A stretch of 64,000 bases of DNA from Phycisphaerales bacterium (GTDB taxonomy: Bacteria > Planctomycetota > Phycisphaerae > Phycisphaerales > UBA1924): NCBI GenBank assembly GCA_965227775.1, contig OZ245777.1:160001-224000 (forward strand), given 5' to 3'. The number at the start of each line of letters is the position of its first letter. Position 1 is the stretch's first letter. Positions 9,787 to 19,279 of the stretch are shown here, one piece after another. Under the pieces are notes generated by a model, which was given only the letters and a program-made list of their open reading frames with translations, searched no databases and was not told where the DNA came from. The position numbers and the translations under genes are program-made.

Positions 9787-9975
9787 GAAGGTCCGATACG
9801 TCCGCAGCGGATTCGTTCTGTTCATGAGCGCGGCCGTTCTGCAGCGGAGTGGGGCGATGTTGTTGTGGAGCGAGTCAGCCGCCCCAAGAAGGAAAGTGGT
9901 TGCGCTACGGAACCGTGCGGTTTGGCTTCCGAGCACAGCCATGCTGGTGCGGAGCGCGCCGTTTTGGGCCTCTAG
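9787..9975 (-). repeat. Degenerate 21-nt periodic tract (nine L/F-started heptads in ORF 9775..10185)
   Basis: LEAQNGA/LRTSMAV/LGSQTAR/FRSATTF/LLGAADS/LHNNIAP/LRCRTAA/LMNRTNP/LRTYRTF. Confidence 0.65.
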
Positions 9976-9995
9976 GGCCGCAGCGGCGGTGCCGT

Positions 9996-10015
9996 GGCTT
10001 GGCTTGGCTTGGCTT
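9996..10015. repeat. Simple sequence repeat (GGCTT)4
   Basis: ggctt ggctt ggctt ggctt read directly. Confidence 0.85.
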
Positions 10016-10112
10016 GAACCAACACCATTCACGAACTCGCTGCTGAGGACATAACCAAAGGGGCACCTTCGTTCCTGGACGGATACTTGGACTGCTGCCA
10101 TAAACTCCGCTC

Positions 10113-11516
10113 GTGAGCACTGCGAAACATGAGCCCTGGTGTCCTCCAGCGCCACCCAATCATCCGCCTGATCGCCCGTGGCCACCGATCATTCCTTCGC
10201 TTGACGACGTCAATCCACCAAGGAATGGAAAAGGCAACGAGCCCTATCGTGGCAATCTGGCCCGTAATGCGTTCGGTGAAGCGTTTTTTGAGTCCTTGCG
10301 TGATTCGCAGCCAAGCTACAAAGGTAACTGGTGGTTGTTAGCCACCCTGCTGCGTTTCGAGGAAGCGACACGAGGCGATCTCCGGCCGGATCGTTTCACG
10401 TGGTGGACGGGGTGCATTTCACGACTGCGAGGCCTGCATGCATATTTGTCCTTGCAGCATGCACAACTGAACGAGCTCGACCTACGAAGTGTTAGTCTTC
10501 GCGGCATGCATCTTTCGAATGTGCACTTGTCGTGCGTTCAACTTGACCACGCAGATCTGAGCGACAGCAAGTTGACGAACGCCAAATTATTTGACTGTCG
10601 CGGACGTTACACAGCGTTTCGCGGCGCCGACTTGCATCAAGCCACTCTCACCCAGTGCCACTTCATTGAAGCTAGCTTTGCTCACACCCTTTGTCGTGAG
10701 ACTCAGTTCCACTCATGCAGGTTTCACAATTGCAGTTTTCGTTGGGCCAAACTAAACAAATCTGTGCTGAATGACACTTCCCTGCGGGGATCGAGGATGC
10801 ACCTGGCCAGTATCTCGCAACTAGCTATCTCAGAGGCAGATCTATCCAACGTTAAAGGACTATTTGGACCCGAACGTGCCTTCGCGTCGCTGGACATCAA
10901 TCACCGCGTGCAGGACTATCACGTTGAGTCTGCCCGCTTCCACCGGCCATGGAAGGTTCGCAAGGGCTTGATCGGCCTCGCCGACCGAGCCATCGACGTT
11001 CTTGAATTACACGCCGCAAGTTGGGAACGCCTGCGCACCATTGGCCAACTCCGCCTCTTTGGCGTGTCATACCTCGCCGTCATCGCCATCGCTAGCTACA
11101 CACTGCTCGCCAAGTGGCACAACACCCGTGTGGTCGCCAGTGCGCATGCGGCGGCCGAACGGGCCGAGGCGCTTGGCGAGAGTGATCTTTGGGCTACGTT
11201 CCTTAGCGCTCTGCCTGAACTTCCCACGCCCGCGCACCTGGGCTTCCAACTCCTGGCCACGGCCTCGCTGGCCGTCGCCGCCACCATTTATGCGCTGCGA
11301 TGCCCCAACGAGGTCCGCGAAGCCACTGAGGTGGGCTGGACCCGCCGCATGGACCAGCCGCTGTGGGAGTATCGCTCCGCCAAGTGGAGCCGGGCTTTGG
11401 CCCGCTACTTGTGCCTTGTCTTCTTCCTGGTTGGAGGCCTCTACACGCTCGGGTATCTGCTCGCTCGAGCCAGTTCGGCGATCGCTTACTTGCTCCGGGG
11501 GCTCTCTGTAAGCTAA
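10113..11516 (+). CDS. Pentapeptide repeat protein with C-terminal transmembrane helices
   Basis: Long run of A(D/N)Lxx-type pentapeptides (AQLNE LDLRS VSLRG...ADLSD SKLTN AKLFD); about 3 hydrophobic segments at the C-terminus; start codon uncertain. Confidence 0.8.
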   Translation: MSTAKHEPWCPPAPPNHPPDRPWPPIIPSLDDVNPPRNGKGNEPYRGNLARNAFGEAFFESLRDSQPSYKGNWWLLATLLRFEEATRGDLRPDRFTWWTGCISRLRGLHAYLSLQHAQLNELDLRSVSLRGMHLSNVHLSCVQLDHADLSDSKLTNAKLFDCRGRYTAFRGADLHQATLTQCHFIEASFAHTLCRETQFHSCRFHNCSFRWAKLNKSVLNDTSLRGSRMHLASISQLAISEADLSNVKGLFGPERAFASLDINHRVQDYHVESARFHRPWKVRKGLIGLADRAIDVLELHAASWERLRTIGQLRLFGVSYLAVIAIASYTLLAKWHNTRVVASAHAAAERAEALGESDLWATFLSALPELPTPAHLGFQLLATASLAVAATIYALRCPNEVREATEVGWTRRMDQPLWEYRSAKWSRALARYLCLVFFLVGGLYTLGYLLARASSAIAYLLRGLSVS

Positions 11517-11582
11517 GCCCTTACTGCAGCCGGCGTTCAGGGCCCTTCTGACAGAGGCCCTTCTTCCCGGCGCAGCCGAGTC

Positions 11583-12293
11583 TTAGAACCCCCGCCGCCC
11601 CTCGATCGCGTCCTCGAGCACCGCCTTGCTCGCCCAGTCGATCTGGCCGCCCGAGGGCAGGCCGCGCGCCAGGCGGCTGACGCGGACGCCGCGCTTTTCC
11701 AGCTCTTCGGCCAGGAACAGGCCCGTCGCGTCGCCCTCGAGCGTCGGGTTCAGGCCCAGCACGACCTCGGCGATGCGCACGCCGCCGGCGTTGCGCGCGG
11801 GGTCGTCGACGCGGGCGAGCAGGTCGGCGATGTTCAGGTCGCCCGGGCCGACGCCCTCGAGCGGGCTGAGCCTGCCCATGAGCACGTGGTAGACGCCCGC
11901 GAAGGCGCCGCTGGCCTCGATGGCGAACAGGTCGCGCGGCTGCTCGACAACGAGCACGAGCGAGGCGTCGCGTGCGGCGCTCCCGTCCGGCCCCGGCATC
12001 GCCGCCCGGCACACGCGGCACGGCGGCTCGTCGGCGAGATTCCCGCAGATCGGGCAGGGCTGCGACCTCGTCCGCATCTCGGTGATGGCCTGGGCGAGGC
12101 TCTTGGCCGCGTCGGGCGGGCCCTTGAGCAGATAAAAGGCCAGCCGCTCGGCGGTGCGCCGGCCGATGCCCGGCAGGGCGGCCAGCTCGTCGATGGCCCG
12201 CTGCACGCTCTGGGGGTAGGGCGTGGGGGCGGGCCGCTTCGGACCGGTGGGCCTGCGGGTTGGTCCTGCGTCCTTGGGCGCATCCTGTGGCAT
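11583..12293 (-). CDS. recR: Recombination mediator RecR
   Basis: LPGIGRRTAERLA, C4 zinc finger CPICGN..CRVC, YHVLMGRLSPLEGVGP, NPTLEGDAT, SRLARGLP. Confidence 0.95.
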   Translation of the reverse strand: MPQDAPKDAGPTRRPTGPKRPAPTPYPQSVQRAIDELAALPGIGRRTAERLAFYLLKGPPDAAKSLAQAITEMRTRSQPCPICGNLADEPPCRVCRAAMPGPDGSAARDASLVLVVEQPRDLFAIEASGAFAGVYHVLMGRLSPLEGVGPGDLNIADLLARVDDPARNAGGVRIAEVVLGLNPTLEGDATGLFLAEELEKRGVRVSRLARGLPSGGQIDWASKAVLEDAIEGRRGF

Positions 12294-12320
12294 CTCCCAA
12301 TCGTATTCCTACCCTTGGCC

Positions 12321-13103
12321 ATGACCGAGAAGCCCGATCAACAGGCCGACGCCGCCGCGACAGCAGACACCGAGCCCACGGCCGCGCCGGCCGCCGCCGA
12401 GAAGCCGTCCAAGCGCGGCAAGATCGTGTCCATCGTGGTCCTGCTCGTGCTGCTGGCCGGCATCATCTGGTACGTCGACGACGGGCACGAGCTGCTGTGG
12501 CCCAAGCGCTGGGGCGTCGTGAAGGAGGGCGCGATCTACCGCAGCGGCGAGCCCCTGCCGATCGCCACGGCCAGGCCCGTCAAGGCCCACGGCATCCGCA
12601 CCATCGTCGACCTGGGCGCCCACACGCCGGGCACCGACGAGGAGATCGCCGCCCAGCAGAAGGCTGAAGAGCTGGGCATCACCCGCTACCGCTTCGGCCT
12701 CATCGGCGACGCAACGGGCGACCCCAACGACTACGTCGCCGCGCTGAACCTCATTAACGACCCGGCCAACCAGCCGGTGTGGGTGCACTGCGCCGCGGGC
12801 AGCGAGCGCACGGGCATGCTCATCGCCCTGCAGCGCGTCATCGTCGACGGCTGGGACGTCGACCGCGCGTACGAAGAGACGCACGCGTACGACCACGACG
12901 ACAACCCGCACCTGCGCGAGATGCTCGACCGCTGGCTGCCCGACATCGAGCGTGCCTACCGCTCGGGCGGGGTGATCGCCTACGACCAGGCCACCGACGG
13001 ACTCGGCGCGGCCGGGCGCGGCGAGACGAACGGTGGGCGGACCGGGCCGTTCGAGCAGATAGAAAGCGCCTCGGAAGTGCAGGAACTGCCGGAGGGCGGC
13101 TGA
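12321..13103 (+). CDS. Membrane-anchored tyrosine/dual-specificity phosphatase family protein
   Basis: One N-terminal TM helix; IYRSGEP; PVWVHCAAGSERTG (CX5R). Confidence 0.85.
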   Translation: MTEKPDQQADAAATADTEPTAAPAAAEKPSKRGKIVSIVVLLVLLAGIIWYVDDGHELLWPKRWGVVKEGAIYRSGEPLPIATARPVKAHGIRTIVDLGAHTPGTDEEIAAQQKAEELGITRYRFGLIGDATGDPNDYVAALNLINDPANQPVWVHCAAGSERTGMLIALQRVIVDGWDVDRAYEETHAYDHDDNPHLREMLDRWLPDIERAYRSGGVIAYDQATDGLGAAGRGETNGGRTGPFEQIESASEVQELPEGG

Positions 13104-13104
13104 C

Positions 13105-13983
13105 ATGAACCCCATCCGCGTCGCCTGCGTCCAGTACCTCAACACGGCGCCATTGGTCGAGGGGCTCGAGAAGCTCGAGGGTCTGACGCTCATCCCCGCC
13201 GTGCCATCCGACATCGCCCCGATGGTGCGCGCGGGTGAGGCGGACGTTGGCTTGGCTTCGGTCGTCGACGCGGTGAGCGACCCCGAGCTGGCGATCCTGC
13301 CTGCGGGCATGATCGGCTGCGATGGCAAGACGCTCACCGTGCGGCTGTTCTCGACCGGCCCGCTCGAACAGGTCACCACGGTCGCCGCCGATGCGGACAG
13401 CCACACGTCGGTCGCGCTGGCGCGTGTGCTGATGGCCGAGCGCTTCGGCGTGACGCCCGAGATCGTCCCCTTCGACGCGAAGGAACGCGTACCGCTCGAG
13501 GGCAAGACCATCGAACAGGATGACGACGGTTGGCCCCAATGCCTGCTGCTCATCGGCGACAAGGTCGTGACGCACAGCCCGCCCGCCGTGCGCTACCCGC
13601 ACCAGCTCGACCTGGGCGAGGCGTGGCGCGAGCTGACCGGGCTGCCCTTCGTGTACGCGGCGTGGCAATGCCGCACCGACGCGTTGCAGGACGACGCGGG
13701 CCGGAGGCGGATGGCCCTGGCCAGCGCCATGCTCGATCGCCAGCGGCGGCACAACCAGACGCGGCTCGACTGGCTCATCCAGAAGTGGGCCCCCCAGGCG
13801 CGGTGGCCGATCGACCTCGCCCAGCGGTACATCGGCGAGTTGCTGCGGTACGACCTGGGTGAGCGCGAGCGTGGGGCCGTGCTGAGATTCTTCGAGCTCT
13901 GCAGCAAGCACGGCATCATGGAGCGCACGACCCCGACGTTCGCAGAGCTGCCGCGCGCCGAAGCCGTCCCTGGGAACGCCTAG
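13105..13983 (+). CDS. mqnA: Chorismate dehydratase MqnA (futalosine menaquinone pathway)
   Basis: YLNTAPL, DADSHTSVAL, LLIGDK and DLGEAWRELTGLPFVYAAW. Confidence 0.9.
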   Translation: MNPIRVACVQYLNTAPLVEGLEKLEGLTLIPAVPSDIAPMVRAGEADVGLASVVDAVSDPELAILPAGMIGCDGKTLTVRLFSTGPLEQVTTVAADADSHTSVALARVLMAERFGVTPEIVPFDAKERVPLEGKTIEQDDDGWPQCLLLIGDKVVTHSPPAVRYPHQLDLGEAWRELTGLPFVYAAWQCRTDALQDDAGRRRMALASAMLDRQRRHNQTRLDWLIQKWAPQARWPIDLAQRYIGELLRYDLGERERGAVLRFFELCSKHGIMERTTPTFAELPRAEAVPGNA

Positions 13984-13986
13984 CCC

Positions 13987-15573
13987 ATGGGCACGCGGAG
14001 CCCGACCAGCCAACCGGCGGTCGACGCGCTCGCCGAGCTCCGCCGCGCACCGCGGCACGTCATGCTCCGGGCCATCGAACGATTGGAGTCGGCGGCCAAC
14101 TCGCTGGACACCAGCTCGAGCGTTCCCGCCGGCTGGTTCCTCAGTACGGCCTCGGGCTACGCCATGAAGGTCGCCGGCCGCGTCCCGGGCGAAGTCGCGC
14201 TGACCGATGCGTGCGCGATGATCGAGGGCCTCTGCGTCGCCGCGGACCTGCGGGAGGCCGACCTGCCCGAAGGCTCCCGGGACATCCGCGAGCTGTCTGA
14301 GAAATGGAGCGTCGCTCAGCGCACGATCAACCGCTACCGCGCCAGGGGACTACCGTCCCGAAGCGTTCGGTCGGGCAAGACGCGCAAGCTCGTATTCACG
14401 TCCGACGCCGTCGCAGCATTCGAAGCTCGTCGGCCCGAGACCATCGAGCGTGCGCGTGCCTTCAACCGCATGGACAGCGAAGACCGCGCGCGTGCGCTCG
14501 CTCGCGTCGCCGAGCTGCAAGAGCAAGGACAATCGCCGAACGCTGCCGCCCGCGCCGCTGCCGAAGAAATGGGACGCAGCCACGAGACGATCCGGCAGCT
14601 GCTCGCGCAGGGGTCGGGCGGCACAACGGGCTGGACCGCGCGGGAGCGCCGCGTCGCCCTACGCGCGCACGACCGGTTCATCGAGCCGGCGGACGCAGCC
14701 AAACGGCTGGGGCGCGACACGAGCGCGACGCGACGGACCATCGACGCCGCCCGACTAGAGCGCCTGCGCAACCTTGAGCTGCACGGCACCGGCCCTGACG
14801 AACCCAGCTTGCCCCACGCCCCGCTTGGCGCGCCCGGGCCGACGCAACTGGCGGACCTCGTGTCTGAGATGCGCGAGGCGAGCGTGCCGGACCGCGCCGC
14901 CGAAGGGCAGATCACGGCATACGCCTGCTTCCTCACCGCTCGCGCCGCGTCGACAGTCTCGCGCGAACGAGCGGCGAGGCTGCGGGCCGAGCCGATCGAT
15001 CGGGCCGAGACCGATCTGCTGTGGGCCGCCCGACTGCGCGTCGAGGCGCTCCGACCTCTGCTCGGGATCGTTCTGCGCGGTGTGGAGGCCAGGCTGAGCG
15101 CACCGATCGAATCGCTCTCCGTGCGCGCCGCAACCACGCGGCTGCAGCTCGCGCTCGCCGCCGCCGCAGAGGCCGCCCACCGCTACGACCCGGCGCATGG
15201 CGGCAGGCTCAGCGCCGCCGTGACGGTCGCGGTCGATCGGGCGGCCGGCGATGTGCACAGACCAGAGTCTCGCCCCAGCGGTGCACGACGGAGCTTCTCC
15301 CAGGCCACGATCGAAGACTGGACCCGCCGCGTCAGCCCCTGGCAGGGCTTTCTCGAAGCGCCCCGGCTGCTGAGAGCAGGCTTGCACGAGATCGATACCG
15401 ACCGGCGGTCGCTTCTCGAGGCACGCTTCGGGCTCGGCGAGCGGCCGCGCACGCTGGCCGAGCTGGCCGAGCGATTCGAAGTTCCGCGGCCATGGATCGC
15501 GCGGCGGGTGAGAGAAGCCGCCCGCGACGCGATCGCCGCCGGCCGCGGCGCTGCCGATAGGATCGTCCGATGA
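13987..15573 (+). CDS. Sigma-70-like protein with N-terminal HTH domains; regions 2 and 4 degenerate
   Basis: HTH IRELSEKWSVAQRTINRYRARGL; region-2-like RYDPAHGGRLS; region-4-like LLEARFGLGERPRTLAELA. Confidence 0.65.
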   Translation: MGTRSPTSQPAVDALAELRRAPRHVMLRAIERLESAANSLDTSSSVPAGWFLSTASGYAMKVAGRVPGEVALTDACAMIEGLCVAADLREADLPEGSRDIRELSEKWSVAQRTINRYRARGLPSRSVRSGKTRKLVFTSDAVAAFEARRPETIERARAFNRMDSEDRARALARVAELQEQGQSPNAAARAAAEEMGRSHETIRQLLAQGSGGTTGWTARERRVALRAHDRFIEPADAAKRLGRDTSATRRTIDAARLERLRNLELHGTGPDEPSLPHAPLGAPGPTQLADLVSEMREASVPDRAAEGQITAYACFLTARAASTVSRERAARLRAEPIDRAETDLLWAARLRVEALRPLLGIVLRGVEARLSAPIESLSVRAATTRLQLALAAAAEAAHRYDPAHGGRLSAAVTVAVDRAAGDVHRPESRPSGARRSFSQATIEDWTRRVSPWQGFLEAPRLLRAGLHEIDTDRRSLLEARFGLGERPRTLAELAERFEVPRPWIARRVREAARDAIAAGRGAADRIVR

Positions 15574-17156
15574 CCACGACCACACCCGAGATGAACGCGC
15601 AGGAGCGCGCCAGCGCTGAGATTACCGATGTCCGGCTCGTCGTCGGGCTCGAGGTCCACGTCGAGCTCGCAACACAGAGCAAGATGTTCACGCGGGCTCG
15701 CAACCCAACGTCGGCGGCAGCACGCGGCGTCGAGCCAAACACGCTGATCGATCCAATCGTGCTCGCGCTGCCGGGTGCGTTGCCAACGCCCAACGCACGA
15801 GCCATCGAGCTGTCCATCGCCGTCGGGCTGGCCCTGGGCTGCTCGATCGCCCAAGTCACACGTTTCGACCGCAAGAGCTACTTCTACCCCGACCTGCCCA
15901 AGGCATACCAGATCAGCCAGTACGATCAGCCGCTTTGCTTCGAGGGCCGGGTCGACGTTCCGACCTTCAACGATCGCGGCGAGGTCGACCTCGATGCGCC
16001 CCGCACGCCGATCCGCGTCACGCGCGCCCACCTTGAGGAAGACGCCGGCAAGCTGCTGCACGAGGCGCCAGGCGGGCGCGCGATCAATCACTCGATCGTC
16101 GACCTGAACCGCGCCGGCACACCCCTACTCGAGATCGTGACCGAGCCCGATTTCACGCACGCGTCGCAGGTCGAGGGCTTCTGCCGCTGGCTGCGTCACA
16201 CCGTGCGGCTCATGGGCGCGAGCGAGGGCGTGCTGCAGGAAGGCCACGTTCGCTTCGAGCCCAACATCAACTGCGTGCTCACGCTCGAGGGTGGGCACAC
16301 GGTGACGACACCGATCGTCGAAGTCAAGAACCTCAACAGCTTCCGGGCCGTTGTCGGCGCCATCGAGTACGAGCACCGCACACAGCCCGAGCGCTGGCGC
16401 GAGGACGGCCGGGTGATGGGCCCGGGCGCCAAGGCCACGTACGGCTGGGACGACGCAAATCAGCGCACCATCGTGCAACGCGAGAAGGAAGACGCCCATG
16501 ACTACCGCTACTTCCCCGATCCCGACCTGCCACCGGTGCGCATAACGAGCGATATGCGTGAGCGCGCCCGTGCGCTCTCCGCAGAGCCTTGGTTGCAACG
16601 CGTGGAGCGACTCACGGGCGAGCTCTCGCTGCCAATCGCGGACGCATCGATCATCTTGAACGACTCGGCGACTGCCGCGCTGTTCCAGGATGCGCTGGTG
16701 TTGCTCGTAGCGAACGGAACGGAAGCGCGCAAAGCGGCGAAACCACTTGCGAACTCGATCTCGCAGAAGCTCGCGAGTCTGGCCAACGAGCGCGGCTGCG
16801 CACCGGGTGAACTCGACACCACCGCGAAGCAACTCGCGGATCTGATCGGCCTGCGCCTGGCCGGCGACGTTAGCAGCAACGGGGTCGATGAACTGCTCAA
16901 GGCAATGGCAACGTCACCGACCGACACCGATGCACGCTCGCTCGCAGAAGCACGCGGGCTGCTGATCGTGCAGGATGCAGGAGCCATCGACGCGTGGTGC
17001 CAGGCGGCCATCGATGCGCACCCCCAGGCAGCCGAGGAAGTCCGCGGCGGCAAGCAGCAGGCCATCGGACGTCTCATCGGCCACGCGATGCAAGAGGCCA
17101 AAGGCGCCGGAGACCCCAAGGCCATCCGCGCCCGCTTGCTCGAGATGCTCTCGTAG
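15570..17156 (+). CDS. gatB: Asp/Glu-tRNA amidotransferase subunit B
   Basis: VGLEVHVEL, FDRKSYFYPDLPKAYQISQY, HLEEDAGK, DLNRAGTPLLEIVTEP, EVKNLNSF, DYRYFPDPDLP. Confidence 0.97.
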   Translation: MTTTTPEMNAQERASAEITDVRLVVGLEVHVELATQSKMFTRARNPTSAAARGVEPNTLIDPIVLALPGALPTPNARAIELSIAVGLALGCSIAQVTRFDRKSYFYPDLPKAYQISQYDQPLCFEGRVDVPTFNDRGEVDLDAPRTPIRVTRAHLEEDAGKLLHEAPGGRAINHSIVDLNRAGTPLLEIVTEPDFTHASQVEGFCRWLRHTVRLMGASEGVLQEGHVRFEPNINCVLTLEGGHTVTTPIVEVKNLNSFRAVVGAIEYEHRTQPERWREDGRVMGPGAKATYGWDDANQRTIVQREKEDAHDYRYFPDPDLPPVRITSDMRERARALSAEPWLQRVERLTGELSLPIADASIILNDSATAALFQDALVLLVANGTEARKAAKPLANSISQKLASLANERGCAPGELDTTAKQLADLIGLRLAGDVSSNGVDELLKAMATSPTDTDARSLAEARGLLIVQDAGAIDAWCQAAIDAHPQAAEEVRGGKQQAIGRLIGHAMQEAKGAGDPKAIRARLLEMLS

Positions 17157-17981
17157 CTAGTAGATCGAGGGAATGGGGGGTGTGCCGACGCGTGGTCGCA
17201 CACCCGGCACGGGGTACGGGACGTACTCGTACGCCGTTCCCAGGCCTTCCTCGAAATCGGTGTGGCGGACCGAACCGTCAAGGTACAAAACGTTGCCGGT
17301 ATCCGGCTGGGGATGCCACGAGGCCTCGACGCGCCACTCGCGGTCGACCACGATCTGCCACTGGGGAACGGCGATCATCAACATGCGCGACGGCGCGACC
17401 TGCACCTCGTGCTCAGCGATCGGACCGGCGGAAGACTCGGGGTTGGTCAGACGCCGATCGAGGAGCAGCGGGTTCGCCCGGTAGCTCGTGCCGAAGCGCT
17501 CGAACACCGTCGGCTGCGGGAACACGTCCTGCTCAACGGGCTTGCCCGAACGCTCGGTCCAGCGGTAGCCGCGGTCCAGAGGCGAGCGGAAGAGATACGC
17601 AAGACCTTCGGACTCCTGCTCGCCGTCGGTCATGACGTAGCCGTTCATCGGCCGGTCGCTGGAAAGCACGGCACGTCGCGAGGCTCCGAGGAACGAGGCA
17701 CCACCGTACTTCCAATCGGCGTCTTCGCGGAAGGGCATGGCTTGGTGGTCGTCGACGTATTGCCGCCAGCCGATACCAATCTGCCGCAAGTTGGTCGCGC
17801 ATACCGCGCCGTTGGCAGCGTACCGAACGTATCGCAGCGATGGCAACAGCAGCCCGAGCAGGATCGCGACGATGCTCATCGTGACGAGCAACTCAAGGAT
17901 CGAGAACCCACCGCGGACGCGTCGACGCGGCGATCGCCTGGAGTTCGGCAGCGTGTTGGTAGTGCCCACGGGCATTGTCAT
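17157..17981 (-). CDS. Prepilin-type N-terminal methylation protein (DUF1559-like pseudopilin)
   Basis: GGFSILELLVTMSIVAILLGLLLPSL; CATNLRQIG; C-terminal WH...GNVLYLDGSV (H-X9-DG type). Confidence 0.88.
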   Translation of the reverse strand: MTMPVGTTNTLPNSRRSPRRRVRGGFSILELLVTMSIVAILLGLLLPSLRYVRYAANGAVCATNLRQIGIGWRQYVDDHQAMPFREDADWKYGGASFLGASRRAVLSSDRPMNGYVMTDGEQESEGLAYLFRSPLDRGYRWTERSGKPVEQDVFPQPTVFERFGTSYRANPLLLDRRLTNPESSAGPIAEHEVQVAPSRMLMIAVPQWQIVVDREWRVEASWHPQPDTGNVLYLDGSVRHTDFEEGLGTAYEYVPYPVPGVRPRVGTPPIPSIY

Positions 17982-18169
17982 CGAGGCAGAATCCTAGACA
18001 GGCCGCTGGAAGGCTCCGGCCAAGGTCGGCCAAGCCGGGGCGACGGGCCGACGCCGGTTATATGCCTTACCCGTGCGATGCGTTGCATCCGTGGCAGACT
18101 CTTGGCCCGAGAAGCACGAATCACGCAGGTCTCGTTGCCACTCACTGGTGGGGAAACCGCTCGAGCGGC

Positions 18170-19270
18170 CTAGGTCTGGACGCTGGTGGCAGCTGCGGCC
18201 GCCGCCGGAGCGAGCAGCATGGCCGGCAGAAAGACGCTCAGCCAGCCCGGCATGCCCGCGATGGGCGCGGAAACGCCAAGAGCCGACAGAACCAGGGCCG
18301 CCAGCACGATCGGGGCACACTTGGCCGCCTGCACGCCCATGTTCCGCGGTTCACGCGTCACGAAGAAGGGGAACGCGATCACAAGCGACAGCCCCATCGC
18401 CACCCATGAGCCCACGCGGCCCCACCGGTCTCGCTGGAGCCGCCGTCGCAGTTCGGGCGTGAGGCTCTCGTCCTGACCCAGCATGCGGCCAAGCGTGGCA
18501 AAGCTCAGGTGCTGGCCGAGCCCGGCGAACCGCCGCACAGCCAGCGCACTCGGGTCCATCTCGGTCTCGATCCGATCGATCGACTCGGGGACGCCCGCCT
18601 GCCCGATCGGCTGCGCGATGCCGCCCTCAAGCAACCAAGCAGAGCCATCCCACACGGCGCGCTCTGCCGAGATGAGACGTAGGGGCACGCCCACCTCGTC
18701 TCGTTCCCACACCTTGAGCCCCCGCATCTCGCCCGCGTCGGGGTCGAACACGCTTGCGAAGAACAGCCGCCCGCTCGCGTCGGCGGTCGTGGGCAGGTTG
18801 GTCACGCCGATCTTGGCGTCCTCACGGCTCACCCGGGGATCATCAGCAAGCAAGACACCCACGATGCGCGGCAGCACGAACTCCTGGTTTGCCACGCCCA
18901 CCAGCATGAAGCCCAGCGCAACGACCAGCACCGGCGCCATCGCGCGCCACAGGCTGATGCCGCTGGCGAGCACGGCGACCAGCTCCCGCCGGGCGACCAA
19001 CTGCGCCGCCGTAAAACCGAGGCCGGCCACGAGCACGAATCCGAGCGTGAAGTTGAAGAGTTGCAGCAGCCTGGGCCACCACAAGCTCCAGATTACCGAG
19101 ATGGTGGCCAGCGATTTCGAAAACAAATCGTCGTGTTCGCCCGCGTACCGGACATACCGGTGCAGATTGAGCGACGCATCGACCACCACGATGAAGCTGC
19201 CCAGGATGAGCAGCAGCAGCGTGACATTCACGAAGTACTGCGATGCGATGGTTCGATCGAGCAGCCGCAC
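18170..19270 (-). CDS. LptF/LptG family LPS export permease
   Basis: MRLLDRTIA start; ELVAVLASGISLWR; 3 TM + periplasmic beta domain (AERAVWDGSAW) + 3 TM. Confidence 0.85.
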   Translation of the reverse strand: MRLLDRTIASQYFVNVTLLLLILGSFIVVVDASLNLHRYVRYAGEHDDLFSKSLATISVIWSLWWPRLLQLFNFTLGFVLVAGLGFTAAQLVARRELVAVLASGISLWRAMAPVLVVALGFMLVGVANQEFVLPRIVGVLLADDPRVSREDAKIGVTNLPTTADASGRLFFASVFDPDAGEMRGLKVWERDEVGVPLRLISAERAVWDGSAWLLEGGIAQPIGQAGVPESIDRIETEMDPSALAVRRFAGLGQHLSFATLGRMLGQDESLTPELRRRLQRDRWGRVGSWVAMGLSLVIAFPFFVTREPRNMGVQAAKCAPIVLAALVLSALGVSAPIAGMPGWLSVFLPAMLLAPAAAAAATSVQT

Positions 19271-19279
19271 GCGTCCCCC

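Noticed and set aside
9765..11557. Weak direct-repeat pair TCAGGGCC...AGAGG at 9765-9783 and 11537-11557 flanking the accessory genes
   Set aside because: Only 8 contiguous identical bases and no integrase or tRNA; not supportable as att sites
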